Sequence record: MK773491.1
Length of the DNA stretch: 64,000 bases
Direction: 5' to 3' (one strand)
Shown here: positions 9,305 to 19,132 of the stretch, one piece after another
How positions within the stretch are numbered: the stretch's first letter is position 1
Layout: each line of letters starts with the position of its first letter
Notes under the pieces: generated by a model
The model's input: only the letters and a program-made list of their open reading frames with translations
Told to the model about the DNA's origin: nothing
The model's database searches: none
Program-made: the position numbers and the translations under genes

Positions 9305-9541
9305 ATGGCACAGAAAATCACTCGCGAAAACGTAGAATTTTACATTGGTATCCTGAATGCTAAACTTGAACAAATGGATGCCCCGCTGCGTTACAAAATG
9401 ATCCCTGTTGCTGGTGGTTATGAGTTGCAAAAGTACAAAGGCGATATTCAGGTTGATTATTGCGTATCAGGTCAAAAACTCCGTGAAGTTTATGAGATTG
9501 TACGCTTTGCCGCCAATATGATTTCGGATAATATGAAGTAA
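9305..9541 (+). CDS. Hypothetical early protein
   Basis: Promoter/hairpin cassette, RBS. Confidence 0.85.
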   Translation: MAQKITRENVEFYIGILNAKLEQMDAPLRYKMIPVAGGYELQKYKGDIQVDYCVSGQKLREVYEIVRFAANMISDNMK

Positions 9542-9615
9542 TTATTATCAAAAGTACTTTACAAGTACAGTAGAGTACTTTATAATACTTACATCAATTA
9601 AGCAAGGGGAAACAT

Positions 9616-9789
9616 ATGATTGGTATTTTTGTTTGGGTAGCGACAATTATTATCGGTTTCATTGGTTTTATCTGGAGTCGTGATGATTTGTTTAATACAT
9701 TGATTAAATTTATACTATATGCTGTGTGGTTTTTTGGTGTTATTATTCTGTATCAACAAAATGGTTTTTCTGGTATTCCTTTGAAGTAA
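9616..9789 (+). CDS. Small two-TM membrane protein (57 aa)
   Basis: MIGIFVWVATIIIGFIGFIW...LYAVWFFGVIILY; cassette promoter, RBS. Confidence 0.8.
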   Translation: MIGIFVWVATIIIGFIGFIWSRDDLFNTLIKFILYAVWFFGVIILYQQNGFSGIPLK

Positions 9790-9868
9790 TTATTATCAAA
9801 AGTACTCTTGACAATACTTTGAGAGTACTTTATAATACTTACATCAATTAAGCAAAGAGGAAAACAAA

Positions 9869-10174
9869 ATGCAAATGTCTAACCTGTATGTAGCTCACAT
9901 CACTATGCGTCATGGCGAATATGAAACACTGGTTAAGCGATTGATTATTGCTAAGAGTTTAGCAGAGGCAGAATTATACGCCTATGAAGAAGGGATGGCA
10001 ACATTTGACGGTAGCGAATTAGAAGATAAATCCAGCTATCAAGAATCGGATCAGCCTCATACGTGGTACTTCTCAGGCGGTGATTGGTGCGTTACTCTTA
10101 ATGCTGTTACATGGATTGAGGATCGCGAAACAGCTAAAGTAATTGCTAAATCTGATTTACTGTCTTATCTGTAA
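9869..10174 (+). CDS. Hypothetical early protein
   Basis: Cassette promoter, GAGGA RBS. Confidence 0.85.
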   Translation: MQMSNLYVAHITMRHGEYETLVKRLIIAKSLAEAELYAYEEGMATFDGSELEDKSSYQESDQPHTWYFSGGDWCVTLNAVTWIEDRETAKVIAKSDLLSYL

Positions 10175-10242
10175 AAGTACTTGACAACCTTTCGGGGGGT
10201 AGGATATACTATCCCCATCAATTAAGCAAAGAGAGAAACAAA

Positions 10243-10476
10243 ATGATTAAAGAAATTACTACCGCCCCGATTGAAGTACAGAAAGCATTTGAACATGTGC
10301 GTTCTTTCTTCCCTACTGTTAATCGCGTGTTGTACGATGAAGATTGTAGCTGGACATATATGGATGCATTCGGTGCTGCTCCTTCATTTGATGGTCACGA
10401 TGTTGATCAGGCAATTTTAGAGGCTGCTGCTGATGCTCAGTATAACGTCGCCGTACCAGTAGCATATAAGGCGTAA
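10243..10476 (+). CDS. Hypothetical early protein
   Basis: Promoter, RBS. Confidence 0.85.
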   Translation: MIKEITTAPIEVQKAFEHVRSFFPTVNRVLYDEDCSWTYMDAFGAAPSFDGHDVDQAILEAAADAQYNVAVPVAYKA

Positions 10477-10553
10477 TTATTATCAAAAGTACTTTACAAA
10501 TACAGTAGAGTACTTTATAATACTTACATCAATTAAGCAAAGAGAGAAACAAA

Positions 10554-10964
10554 ATGTTTAAAATTACTAGCGTAGAAAAAAGCGGCGATTCCATGATTGT
10601 AAGTGCTTTCTGGAATGATGCTTGTAAAGTATCTATTAGCTTTAATCAAATGGGCGTAGTACAATCCTGTACTTTCGCAGAGGATACCAAAGAGCGAGCA
10701 CAATTAGAAGATCATGCACGTGCGGTAATTAAATTCAATATTCCTATTGAAATGGAACCGCATATCATCTATACTGATGATCAGGTCGAGCAAATGAAAC
10801 GTTGGTATGAATCTTTGATTAAAGCGGAAAAGACCATTGCCGAAATGGATCAATGCATCGTTGAAGCCGATTGGTTATCTGATATGTTCGGGCAAACATC
10901 TGGTAGCATTATTGATGCCCTGTTTAATGTTCGTTCGGCGTTAGATCCACGCATCAATCAATAA
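10554..10964 (+). CDS. Hypothetical early protein
   Basis: Cassette promoter, RBS. Confidence 0.85.
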   Translation: MFKITSVEKSGDSMIVSAFWNDACKVSISFNQMGVVQSCTFAEDTKERAQLEDHARAVIKFNIPIEMEPHIIYTDDQVEQMKRWYESLIKAEKTIAEMDQCIVEADWLSDMFGQTSGSIIDALFNVRSALDPRINQ

Positions 10965-10967
10965 AGA

Positions 10968-11070
10968 AAAAAGGGGTTGACTTCGGTCGCCCCTTTTGTT
11001 ATTATATAGTCATTGGCAGATAAGCTACTAACCCATAGGGTGCGATAGTCTGTCTGTAGTATTTTAGTAC
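10968..11070 (+). ncRNA. Terminator/promoter fusion followed by TAACCCATAGGGTGC motif, no ORF
   Basis: TTGACT 10977 inside a UUCG hairpin, TATTAT 11000, motif 11029-11043. Confidence 0.5.
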
Positions 11071-11140
11071 TTAAAAAAGTACTTGCTTTTGTGTGCTGGT
11101 GGTGTATAATACTTGTATTGAAACAAACGAGGGTCAAACA

Positions 11141-11308
11141 ATGGAAAAAGAATTCGATTCTAGTGATTATGAATGTGCTCTTGATTATGCTTTCCATATT
11201 GAGCAAACGCAGCAGCGAACCGAAACAGAAGCTATTATGTTAGCGGCAAAGTACTATAATATTAATTGGCAATCATTGCAACGTTATGCGGATTCATTTA
11301 ATATCTAA
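11141..11308 (+). CDS. Small hypothetical protein
   Basis: Start moved to ATG 11141 after GAGGG. Confidence 0.8.
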   Translation: MEKEFDSSDYECALDYAFHIEQTQQRTETEAIMLAAKYYNINWQSLQRYADSFNI

Positions 11309-11373
11309 AAAGTACTTGCATTACTTTCTGATTAACGTATAATGTACTTATTGAAACAAACGAGGGTAGAGAG

Positions 11374-11625
11374 ATGGAAGATTTCAAAATTGTAAAACAA
11401 TTCTCATTGGCACAAAAAGATAATCAGTACTTTTGTACTATTTCACGTCGAGAAACACCGGAAACCGAAACTGGGTTAACATGGGAAGTTCTGACGCAGA
11501 CTAACACTGAAAAGCCAGTACTTGAAACTTTCGAACGTTATTCTATCGCAGAAATGGCTTTTAAAAACTATGTTATTACTTCATTGAATACTGATCATTT
11601 TTATCAGTACTCAGCAGAAAAGTAG
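11374..11625 (+). CDS. Hypothetical early protein
   Basis: Promoter, RBS. Confidence 0.85.
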   Translation: MEDFKIVKQFSLAQKDNQYFCTISRRETPETETGLTWEVLTQTNTEKPVLETFERYSIAEMAFKNYVITSLNTDHFYQYSAEK

Positions 11626-11702
11626 TTGACTTACTTTCTAATTAACGTATAATGGTTTGCATAGGGGGAAACAACTTCCCCCACTAATTAAGGAAATGAA
11701 TT

Positions 11703-12167
11703 ATGAATAGCATCCAGTTCGTAGAAGCCATTGAAAAAGAATTCCTGTCAGTATTCCCTAACGGTTTCTTTATTGCCCGACCTTTACCGTTAGGTGGTGA
11801 TGTAGGGATCACTATGGGACTGACTCGCGAACAGGCCGATTGCCCTCATAATATCCGTGATAATGATCGTATGCGTATGACCTTCGCGATCCACGGTATG
11901 AAGTTTGGTGATAGTGAAGATTATAACGATAAGTTAATCATGGAACCGTACTATTCAGCGATTAGCACGATTCCACGCAAGCCATATTACGCTATGGGAC
12001 ACGATAAGATAAAGACACGTAAAACCACTAACACGCCTGAAAAATTGCTGGTAACGCTTTCTAAGTACATTAAAACGGCAGGACAGCAAGTAAAAGAGCT
12101 AGCAGAAGTAAGCGAGATTTATCAGCAGGAACAGATTAAACCTCAGTACTTAGAAATTAACGTGTAA
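11703..12167 (+). CDS. Hypothetical early protein
   Basis: Hairpin cassette, RBS. Confidence 0.85.
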   Translation: MNSIQFVEAIEKEFLSVFPNGFFIARPLPLGGDVGITMGLTREQADCPHNIRDNDRMRMTFAIHGMKFGDSEDYNDKLIMEPYYSAISTIPRKPYYAMGHDKIKTRKTTNTPEKLLVTLSKYIKTAGQQVKELAEVSEIYQQEQIKPQYLEINV

Positions 12168-12244
12168 TTATTATCAAAAGTACTTTACAAGTATAGTAGA
12201 GTACTTTATAATACTTACATCAATTAAGAAAAGAGGATTACAAA

Positions 12245-12469
12245 ATGGCGGCTAAAACTTTTGAACAGTTAAAATGGGTTGCTGGTCAAATCACTGATGA
12301 TCTGATGTATTCCCGAATGAATGAAGCAGTACTGAAAACTGTTTTCAATCGCCGTACTAAATCTACTGAAATGGCTACCCTATGCGGCCTTGTATGTGCT
12401 AGTGCTATGGAGCGTAAAATTAATACAGAAGTAATTGAGCGTTATTTACGCAACGTACATACTGAGTAA
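12245..12469 (+). CDS. Hypothetical early protein
   Basis: Cassette promoter, GAGGA RBS. Confidence 0.85.
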   Translation: MAAKTFEQLKWVAGQITDDLMYSRMNEAVLKTVFNRRTKSTEMATLCGLVCASAMERKINTEVIERYLRNVHTE

Positions 12470-12546
12470 TTATTATCAAAAGTACTTGCAAATCGAATGC
12501 GAGTACTTTATAATACTTACATCAATTAAGCAACGGGGTTTATATC

Positions 12547-12777
12547 ATGGATAATCGTGAAATCATCGCTCAAGTACTGACACGTATTTTAATGTCAACT
12601 CGACTTTCTCAGGTACGCAACATTACAGCAGCACATGAAAATACATGGCGTGAAGCCTTAAATGGTAGCAATGCAAGCCAGCTAGCGGCTGATGATAAGC
12701 TGAAAGAAGTTATCAAGTCTGCTATGGCGGAACTGAATGATGATGCTGTAGAATATGTTTTAAATTCTTTCAAATAG
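12547..12777 (+). CDS. Hypothetical early protein
   Basis: Cassette promoter, RBS. Confidence 0.85.
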   Translation: MDNREIIAQVLTRILMSTRLSQVRNITAAHENTWREALNGSNASQLAADDKLKEVIKSAMAELNDDAVEYVLNSFK

Positions 12778-12858
12778 TACTTGCATTACTTATCCAGTAC
12801 TGTATAATGGTTTGCATAGGGGGAAACAACTTCCCCCACTAATTAAGGAAATGAAAAA

Positions 12859-13167
12859 ATGATTGCTAACGTTCAAGCCAACTTTGAAAACCAATTCATC
12901 AATGAAATGTTGCGACTTGATGATGGGGTCGCCCGTATTAACTACGGTTTTAACTCCGGTGGTTATGAAAGTAACGTGTACTTTTATACTGCTGATGGTG
13001 GTACACTGGCAATCGATACGGTCATTGTCGAAATACAAAAAGTAAACTTCAATGATGAAAATGATCCGCAGTGGTATATCATCGGCTATGACGTGAACTA
13101 TGAAGATCAAGATCTTTATGACTCACATACCGGACAGCAAATCATTCCCGCTTATGGGGATGAATAA
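12859..13167 (+). CDS. Acidic hypothetical protein
   Basis: Hairpin cassette, RBS. Confidence 0.85.
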   Translation: MIANVQANFENQFINEMLRLDDGVARINYGFNSGGYESNVYFYTADGGTLAIDTVIVEIQKVNFNDENDPQWYIIGYDVNYEDQDLYDSHTGQQIIPAYGDE

Positions 13168-13170
13168 TAA

Positions 13171-13297
13171 CACAAAGGGGAGCTAACACTCCCCTGTTTA
13201 TTTGTACAGTACTAAAACATATAGATACAATTCCGCACCCTGTGGGTTAGCTTGTTTTCATGACAATAATTATACTAAAAAGCTGGTGGTGTGTCAA
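13171..13297 (-). ncRNA. Candidate ~95-nt sRNA, paralog of the 4603-4729 unit
   Basis: TTGACA(13297)-17-TATAAT(13274); TAACCCACAGGGTGCGG; terminator hairpin near 13175-13195. Confidence 0.6.
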
Positions 13298-13383
13298 GCA
13301 TTTATTTTATAAAAAAAAGTACTTGCATTCTTTCAGTACTGTAGTATAATACTTGTATTGAAACGAGATAAGGGAAACACAAA

Positions 13384-13923
13384 ATGATTACACAAATCTA
13401 TCACGGCAGCACCCGTTTTGATACTGCTGGTGGATATAAAGGCGGCAAACCTAACAGCTTTCAACATGGCGTAGGTCTGTATTGTACTAATGCTTACTTA
13501 TGGGCTGAAAAGTACGGTCGAAGTGTTTACGTGTTAGATGTTGAACTAAAACCAGAACATCACGCCGACAATGTAGAAATTACAATTGAAAACTTGCAAT
13601 ATTGGGTTAACTGCTATTGCTCGCAGAAAGTAGCAAAGATCTTTAAAAAGGAATTTAGCCAACGCGAGACTATGACCGCACATCGCTTTGAATTATGGCT
13701 GTACTGGAATGTAAGACGCTTTAAGCCTATAGCAGTACAATTAGCCGCTTTCTTTACTGCTCAAGGCGTAACGCATAATAGCGAGGTTGGTAATTATGGC
13801 GGTAAACTCATTCGTATATATGACTTTGATATTATCAAAGGTTATACAAAGGATAAAGAAGTACTACAGAAGTTAAACTACAATAATACGGAATTACCGG
13901 ATTATCTAAAAGAAAAAGTTTGA
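13384..13923 (+). CDS. Putative ADP-ribosyltransferase-fold protein
   Basis: N-terminal IYHGST and G-x-G-L-Y-C-T motifs typical of H-Y-type ART folds. Confidence 0.5.
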   Translation: MITQIYHGSTRFDTAGGYKGGKPNSFQHGVGLYCTNAYLWAEKYGRSVYVLDVELKPEHHADNVEITIENLQYWVNCYCSQKVAKIFKKEFSQRETMTAHRFELWLYWNVRRFKPIAVQLAAFFTAQGVTHNSEVGNYGGKLIRIYDFDIIKGYTKDKEVLQKLNYNNTELPDYLKEKV

Positions 13924-13980
13924 CAGTACTAAGGGAGTGTTATATAATACTCCCATGTTAAGCAAACGAGGAATTACAAA

Positions 13981-14205
13981 ATGTCTTTATATTCACTGGA
14001 AGTTGAACATCACAACTTTAGTACTAAAATGATTGTAAGTACTGACGCAAAAGAGAGAGAAGATCAGTACAATGAAGTTATGACATGGGCTAAAGGTTTC
14101 TATCCTGCTGGTACTCTTTTAAAGGCTAAGTGGGTATCACATGAAACTAAACTCGATTTTCATTCTGCAATTGCTGGTGGATATGAGGGGATTAAACTGT
14201 TATGA
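13981..14205 (+). CDS. Hypothetical early protein
   Basis: Promoter, GAGGA RBS. Confidence 0.8.
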   Translation: MSLYSLEVEHHNFSTKMIVSTDAKEREDQYNEVMTWAKGFYPAGTLLKAKWVSHETKLDFHSAIAGGYEGIKLL

Positions 14206-14351
14206 AAAAAGAATACATCATCCGAGTACAAATGAAAGGCGGTGCACAACGTACTTTTCGTGAATGGGGTTGGTCTGCTGGTATGGCCTTTGAACAGCTT
14301 AAAAAAGATAATCCCGATGTGCAATACAAAATAGAATCAAAAGAGGCGTAA
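14202..14351 (+). CDS. Small hypothetical protein (49 aa)
   Basis: ATGA coupling; stop is the TAA of the next cassette. Confidence 0.75.
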   Translation: MKKEYIIRVQMKGGAQRTFREWGWSAGMAFEQLKKDNPDVQYKIESKEA

Positions 14352-14428
14352 TTATTATCAAAAGTACTTTACAAGTATAGTAGAGTACTTTATAATACTT
14401 ACATCAATTAAGCAAAGAGAGAAACATC

Positions 14429-14665
14429 ATGAAACGTAAACTTACTATTTCCTACGAATGGTCTAAGACTGATGGTAGCGACGTAGAAGCACATCATGTG
14501 CCTTACTTAGAAGAATCAGCCTTTGAACGTATTCGCGAAATGATTGGTGATGGTTATGTAAAAGGCCAACTATCCGATAACCTTCACACACAGGAAGATC
14601 CAGACGACCACGAAGGAACTGATTATCATGGCTGGTGGACGTTAATAACTGAAGGTGAAGATTAA
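14429..14665 (+). CDS. Acidic hypothetical protein
   Basis: Cassette promoter, RBS. Confidence 0.85.
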   Translation: MKRKLTISYEWSKTDGSDVEAHHVPYLEESAFERIREMIGDGYVKGQLSDNLHTQEDPDDHEGTDYHGWWTLITEGED

Positions 14666-14744
14666 TTATTATCAAAAGTACTCTTGACAATACAAAGAGA
14701 GTACTTTATAATACTTACATCAACTAAGCAAAGAGGATAGGAAA

Positions 14745-14882
14745 ATGAAAGAATCTCAATACGAAGCAGTACTGGCACAGACTGGTGAAGATCTGACTAC
14801 TGAGCAGTACGCTAAAATTGAAGAGATGCTTTTAGCTGGTAAATCTGTTAAAGACACTGTGAAAGCAGTTCGTAAGATGTAA
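14745..14882 (+). CDS. Small hypothetical protein (45 aa)
   Basis: Cassette promoter, GAGGATAGGA RBS. Confidence 0.8.
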   Translation: MKESQYEAVLAQTGEDLTTEQYAKIEEMLLAGKSVKDTVKAVRKM

Positions 14883-14956
14883 AATAATTAGTCAGTACTC
14901 TTGACACTATCATAGAGTACTGCTATAATTACTTTACTTAATCAGGAGAACATACT

Positions 14957-15274
14957 ATGGCTTTACATTCAGCAATGCGAAAAACTGTTAACATCTATGC
15001 AGATAAAAACATTATGGATTGTACTCTTGGGCATACTGATAATCAATATGCAATTATGGTAAAAAACCCGTTCACTGGTGAAGATTGCATTTACAGTGGA
15101 CAGTACTTAGAAAGTAATTTATTACCTGCCACAAAACGCAGTGAAATGAAAGGGTATATTACCCGGCACAGAGCAGAACGTGACATTGCAACAATCTTTT
15201 TACCCGGTCAAAATGCTCGTGTGGTAACGATGGAAGAAGCAGAGATTTTTCTTGGCAGCCGCTTTAAAGTGTAG
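14957..15274 (+). CDS. Hypothetical early protein
   Basis: Promoter, AGGAG RBS. Confidence 0.85.
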   Translation: MALHSAMRKTVNIYADKNIMDCTLGHTDNQYAIMVKNPFTGEDCIYSGQYLESNLLPATKRSEMKGYITRHRAERDIATIFLPGQNARVVTMEEAEIFLGSRFKV

Positions 15275-15485
15275 TATAATACTTTTATCAAATCAAGTGG
15301 AGTACTAAAAAGATGATTACACCTATTGCACCAATCTACAAAACAGTGTATAATACTTATAGTACTCCAAGGCAACAACAGATTATAGAGGAACTGAAAG
15401 AACAGAAAAAAGAAGTAAAAAGTACTGGTAACCGAATCGATATTAAAGTATAATACTTACATCAACCACAAAGAGGAATACAAAA

Positions 15486-15824
15486 ATGGCTATTACTTCT
15501 ATCTTCTGCAACACCCGAAACGAAGCACGTCAGGCTAAAATCGATTTCAACGGTAAAATTGTTGACAATGGTTCTGATGCACCCAAGGGACAGCGTTGGG
15601 AAGTACAATACGAAGTAGCCCCCGTATCTGATGCCATCGCGGAACTTGCAGCAATCATGCAAGCGGAAGTACAAGACATGGCACTAGAAGAAGTGTCACC
15701 ACGTGAGATTATGGGTCTTCCACGTCCTGTAAGCAAGCATAAAAAAACCCGTGCTGTGATCATGAAAGATCGCAAAGGTAATCCAGTTACTGTACAGGTT
15801 CGCCGTCGCCGCATTACTGCCTAA
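15486..15824 (+). CDS. Hypothetical protein with Arg-rich C-terminus
   Basis: GAGGA RBS; downstream GCAA hairpin. Confidence 0.85.
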   Translation: MAITSIFCNTRNEARQAKIDFNGKIVDNGSDAPKGQRWEVQYEVAPVSDAIAELAAIMQAEVQDMALEEVSPREIMGLPRPVSKHKKTRAVIMKDRKGNPVTVQVRRRRITA

Positions 15825-15864
15825 CCGAAAGGGGGAGCAATCCCCCAAACTTTTAAGAGGATTT

Positions 15865-16116
15865 ATGAAGAAGCAAGTACAATTAATTAATGGTAATTTC
15901 ATGCGATTGCATTATAAACCACAAAAGAAAATCATTGAGAAAGCTACAAAGGTAGCAAATGATTTTGTTAGTGGGACAGTTCGCCCTCGTAAACTATCTA
16001 ACGGATTGTTTCAAGTACTGGATATTAGCAGAACAGAACGTATCGTAATTGATAAGGAAAAGCAAATACATTTAATGAGTCACGAAAAGTACAATGATTT
16101 TGTGAATCAGCGTTGA
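15865..16116 (+). CDS. RelE/ParE-like small protein (C-terminal LMSHEKYN)
   Basis: RPRKL...L.I...RI...LMSHEKYN pattern recalled from phage ParE-like toxin family. Confidence 0.45.
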   Translation: MKKQVQLINGNFMRLHYKPQKKIIEKATKVANDFVSGTVRPRKLSNGLFQVLDISRTERIVIDKEKQIHLMSHEKYNDFVNQR

Positions 16117-16170
16117 CAGACTACCACCAACATAGTATAATACTTTCATCAACTAAACGAGGGTTCTAAA

Positions 16171-16560
16171 ATGAAAAAGATTGTTTCTGCTATCGCCATC
16201 GCTGTTATGTTTTCTTCAACTCCAGTTATGGCATACACTGTTAATCTGAATGAATTGACAGATTGGGGAAACCAAATGCGTGATCGCTTTGCAGTACCAG
16301 ACCATATCCAGCAGCAGCAAAAACAAGGTAGTGAAATGTTATGCCGTGGGGTAATGACCAACGAGCAAACCGGACAACAATTCCGCGAACAATTCCGTAC
16401 TAGTGGTGAACGTTCGGTATCGGGTAATGATATCATCTATCATGATGAAGATGAAACCGGAAGTACTACCTTGCAAATTAATGCAAAAACTGGTAAAGGC
16501 TTTATTACGATGATGGACACTGAAAAAGTTATCGTAACTGGTAATGTAGTTTGCAAATAA
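16171..16560 (+). CDS. Exported protein with signal peptide
   Basis: MKKIVSAIAIAVMFSSTPVMA; two Cys. Confidence 0.8.
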   Translation: MKKIVSAIAIAVMFSSTPVMAYTVNLNELTDWGNQMRDRFAVPDHIQQQQKQGSEMLCRGVMTNEQTGQQFREQFRTSGERSVSGNDIIYHDEDETGSTTLQINAKTGKGFITMMDTEKVIVTGNVVCK

Positions 16561-16569
16561 AGTACTAAA

Positions 16570-16660
16570 AAAGGGGTTGACTTCGGTTGGCCCTTTTGCT
16601 ATTATATATCCCATAGAAACAAGCTAACCCACAGGGTGCATAAATATATCTATAATTTAC
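16570..16660 (+). promoter_or_regulatory. Terminator/promoter fusion plus TAACCCACAGGGTGC motif in a leader
   Basis: TTGACT 16577, TATTAT 16600, motif 16625-16639. Confidence 0.6.
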
Positions 16661-16676
16661 CGAAAGGAGAGACATT

Positions 16677-17210
16677 ATGCCCGGACATTTCCGTTCTAAA
16701 TCAGGTGCTATTATCGCTGGTCACAGTGACAAGTGGAGTGATGAAAACCGTAGACGTAACAGTTTCAACGCTGGACAGGGTTCACGTGGTTCTCGTAACC
16801 AAGGCACTGGAGCAGCAGGACAAGCACAAACTAAAACAGATACCATTGTAGATACTTCTCGGATGAAACCAGAAGAAAAACTAAAGTACTTCCAATCTTT
16901 GGGATTACTTGGTCATCAAGAGAAAGGTTCTAAAGAGCCACCAAAAGCAGCACCACAAAAACCAATGCCTACTGATAGTAAATCACTTATTAGTACTTTA
17001 CAAGATCAATGGAAAGATGCATTTAAAGGCGATGTACGCCATTCTAAGCGACTTATTGCAGAACTTAAGGACGTTGCCCCAGCTAAGATCAAAAAAGCTC
17101 TACAGGCTGCTTACAGGGCCACACAAGAGGTTACCGCACGTGAAGCCGACCCCCTAGCAATAGTTGAATATATCAGTGATGCTATTGTTCCATTTACATA
17201 TGAAGATTAA
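16677..17210 (+). CDS. Basic protein with disordered N-terminus
   Basis: AGGAGA RBS; G/R/S/Q-rich N-terminal half. Confidence 0.8.
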   Translation: MPGHFRSKSGAIIAGHSDKWSDENRRRNSFNAGQGSRGSRNQGTGAAGQAQTKTDTIVDTSRMKPEEKLKYFQSLGLLGHQEKGSKEPPKAAPQKPMPTDSKSLISTLQDQWKDAFKGDVRHSKRLIAELKDVAPAKIKKALQAAYRATQEVTAREADPLAIVEYISDAIVPFTYED

Positions 17211-17276
17211 AATAAAAGGTTGACATGAGTCAGCCTTTTTTGCTATCATAGAACTACACAAATAGGAGATAGTAAC

Positions 17277-17540
17277 ATGAAATACTTACTAATCATCGCC
17301 ACATTATTCAGTACTCAAGCAATGGCAACAGATATGGTTTGTAGTGCTGATGGTTTCCAAACTGTATTCAAGGTAGATGGCAACACGCTTATTGACACCA
17401 ACGAACACGTAGTAGCTGAAGAAATCAGTACTGGTAAGTTTATGGCACAAGATCAGTTCGGTGAAGTAGTTTATACTATTCACGGAAATAAGATTGTAAT
17501 GCAATTCAGTGGTGTTATCAAAGAGTACAATTGCAAATGA
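17277..17540 (+). CDS. Exported protein with signal peptide
   Basis: MKYLLIIATLFSTQAMA; Cys near each terminus of the mature chain. Confidence 0.8.
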   Translation: MKYLLIIATLFSTQAMATDMVCSADGFQTVFKVDGNTLIDTNEHVVAEEISTGKFMAQDQFGEVVYTIHGNKIVMQFSGVIKEYNCK

Positions 17541-17731
17541 TTGTACAAGTAACACTAAAAGGATTGAAGCCCGGAGAAGATGACTACGAAACACATGTAG
17601 CCACTATTTCCGGGTTGACAATGGATGAAATTGATGGTAATATACTGTCATACATCTACGAATGGCGTAATGCAAACGGGTATTACAAAATGAAATATAT
17701 TCATAAAGAGGTAATCTCATGCGATAACTAA
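17537..17731 (+). CDS. Hypothetical protein
   Basis: ATGA overlap. Confidence 0.7.
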   Translation: MIVQVTLKGLKPGEDDYETHVATISGLTMDEIDGNILSYIYEWRNANGYYKMKYIHKEVISCDN

Positions 17732-17747
17732 CACAGGAGATTACACA

Positions 17748-17963
17748 ATGCCAACTCATTCACTAGTACTTAATGGGATTCGATTCAAAATGACTGAGGG
17801 TGCATTGCAAAGTACTAACACGCAATTAGTACTTGATAAACTCACAAAAGAACAATGTGATGGTATCCTTCGCGAAGCAAATCGCATTAAGTCAACTGTA
17901 TCAAATCACCCGGTTAAGCGTCAATTACTTCAGGGGATCATTATGGGATGTTTGCGTAAATGA
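17748..17963 (+). CDS. Hypothetical protein
   Basis: AGGAG RBS. Confidence 0.8.
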   Translation: MPTHSLVLNGIRFKMTEGALQSTNTQLVLDKLTKEQCDGILREANRIKSTVSNHPVKRQLLQGIIMGCLRK

Positions 17964-18112
17964 TTTATCAACAAATTATTGCAGTACTGAAAACACTTGA
18001 CTACGGAAATGCAATCCGTTATGCTAGTGCTAACGCCTTTGAACTCGCTCAAATGTATGAGCAAGGTAGTACCATTGATGAGCTGGTGGAGGTTTGTCTC
18101 AGTCATAAATAA
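17960..18112 (+). CDS. Small hypothetical protein (50 aa, MIYQQIIAVLKTLDY)
   Basis: ATGA coupling; fills the gap. Confidence 0.7.
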   Translation: MIYQQIIAVLKTLDYGNAIRYASANAFELAQMYEQGSTIDELVEVCLSHK

Positions 18113-18138
18113 TCTTGTAATTATTACAGGAGATCATT

Positions 18139-18411
18139 ATGACAGACTTAAACGCAATCAAGCAATGGAGTACTATCCCATTAAAAGAACTACCGCAACT
18201 ACTAAAGCAACAAGGTTTTCAATTTGTGCCACGTTTTAGTACTGAAGATCATCGCATCTTCGTATCCCAAGATGGACAATATTTGATTAATATTATCCGT
18301 AATACTGGAAAAGTATACAGTACTAAAAATCAGAAATCACCTTTGCATATTTTTGGTATTCGTAATGGTGAGATTCCAAAAGGTGCAGATAAAGCATTCA
18401 GAACTGAATAA
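18139..18411 (+). CDS. Hypothetical protein
   Basis: AGGAG RBS. Confidence 0.8.
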   Translation: MTDLNAIKQWSTIPLKELPQLLKQQGFQFVPRFSTEDHRIFVSQDGQYLINIIRNTGKVYSTKNQKSPLHIFGIRNGEIPKGADKAFRTE

Positions 18412-18479
18412 TAAAAAAGGGTTGACTTAGGTCGGCCCTTTTTGTTATTATATACTTATTGAAGCGAAGGAGATAGAAC

Positions 18480-19070
18480 ATGTACGTCACTAAAGCAGCA
18501 AAGAAACACTTAAAAGAACTTGACAAGTTACCAACTAATAAACAAATGTTAAAGTACTGTCGAGAAAATTTAACACGTTTGGGTAAGGGTTCAAGTCGTG
18601 AAGTTTTTGCATTATCTGATACATTAGTAATCAAGATCGCTTTAGGTGGTGTAGGTGTAAAACAGAATGAAAATGAGATTCGTATCTGGAATCTAGTTAG
18701 TTATTCATTTACTGGATTTAAGAGATCATTCGCTAAAGTACTGGTAAATTTATGCCACTGGAAAGACTTCTATATCGTCATGGAGCGTTTAAATACACAA
18801 ACTGTATCTCGGTCAATCTTTAATACAAGTACCGTTAGAGCGTGGCGTATGAATCGCAACGCAATGCATCCAATTGCTAAACGTATATTCAAAGATGTAC
18901 AAGCCACTGATGATAATGCTTATACTAATAACATAGCAGATATAACTCCACGAAATATGGGAACATCAAAAACAGGCGTTGTCAAGATGTTGGATTATGG
19001 TTTTAGTACTCCTATATGGAATGGACTTGCTAATGGTACATTAAAGAATAGAGAATTACTTATAAAATAG
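18480..19070 (+). CDS. Protein kinase-fold enzyme (Ser/Thr kinase-like)
   Basis: LGKGSSREVF Gly loop, VIKIA Lys, NENE, IVMERL hinge, DITPRN catalytic loop, LDYG (DFG-like). Confidence 0.8.
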   Translation: MYVTKAAKKHLKELDKLPTNKQMLKYCRENLTRLGKGSSREVFALSDTLVIKIALGGVGVKQNENEIRIWNLVSYSFTGFKRSFAKVLVNLCHWKDFYIVMERLNTQTVSRSIFNTSTVRAWRMNRNAMHPIAKRIFKDVQATDDNAYTNNIADITPRNMGTSKTGVVKMLDYGFSTPIWNGLANGTLKNRELLIK

Positions 19071-19132
19071 TTCTTGACTCCGTTACGCTGGTGGGATATA
19101 CTTATCCCATCAACAACAGAGAGGAATATAAA

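Larger units (their letters stand above)
9539..14745 (+). repeat. Seven copies of a ~70-bp stop-to-start promoter module TAATTATTATCAAAAGTACT...GAGTACTTTATAATACTTACATCAAYTAAG
   Basis: Copies start at about 9539, 9787, 10474, 12165, 12467, 14349 and 14663; each begins with the TAA stop of the upstream gene. Confidence 0.9.

Noticed and set aside
9539-14745. Repeated ~70-bp modules as a CRISPR array
   Set aside because: The intervening sequences are whole genes of variable length, the repeats are promoters, and there are no cas genes
15313-15453. 46-aa ORF MITPIAPIYK
   Set aside because: Poor RBS and overlap with promoter-like sequences; ambiguous
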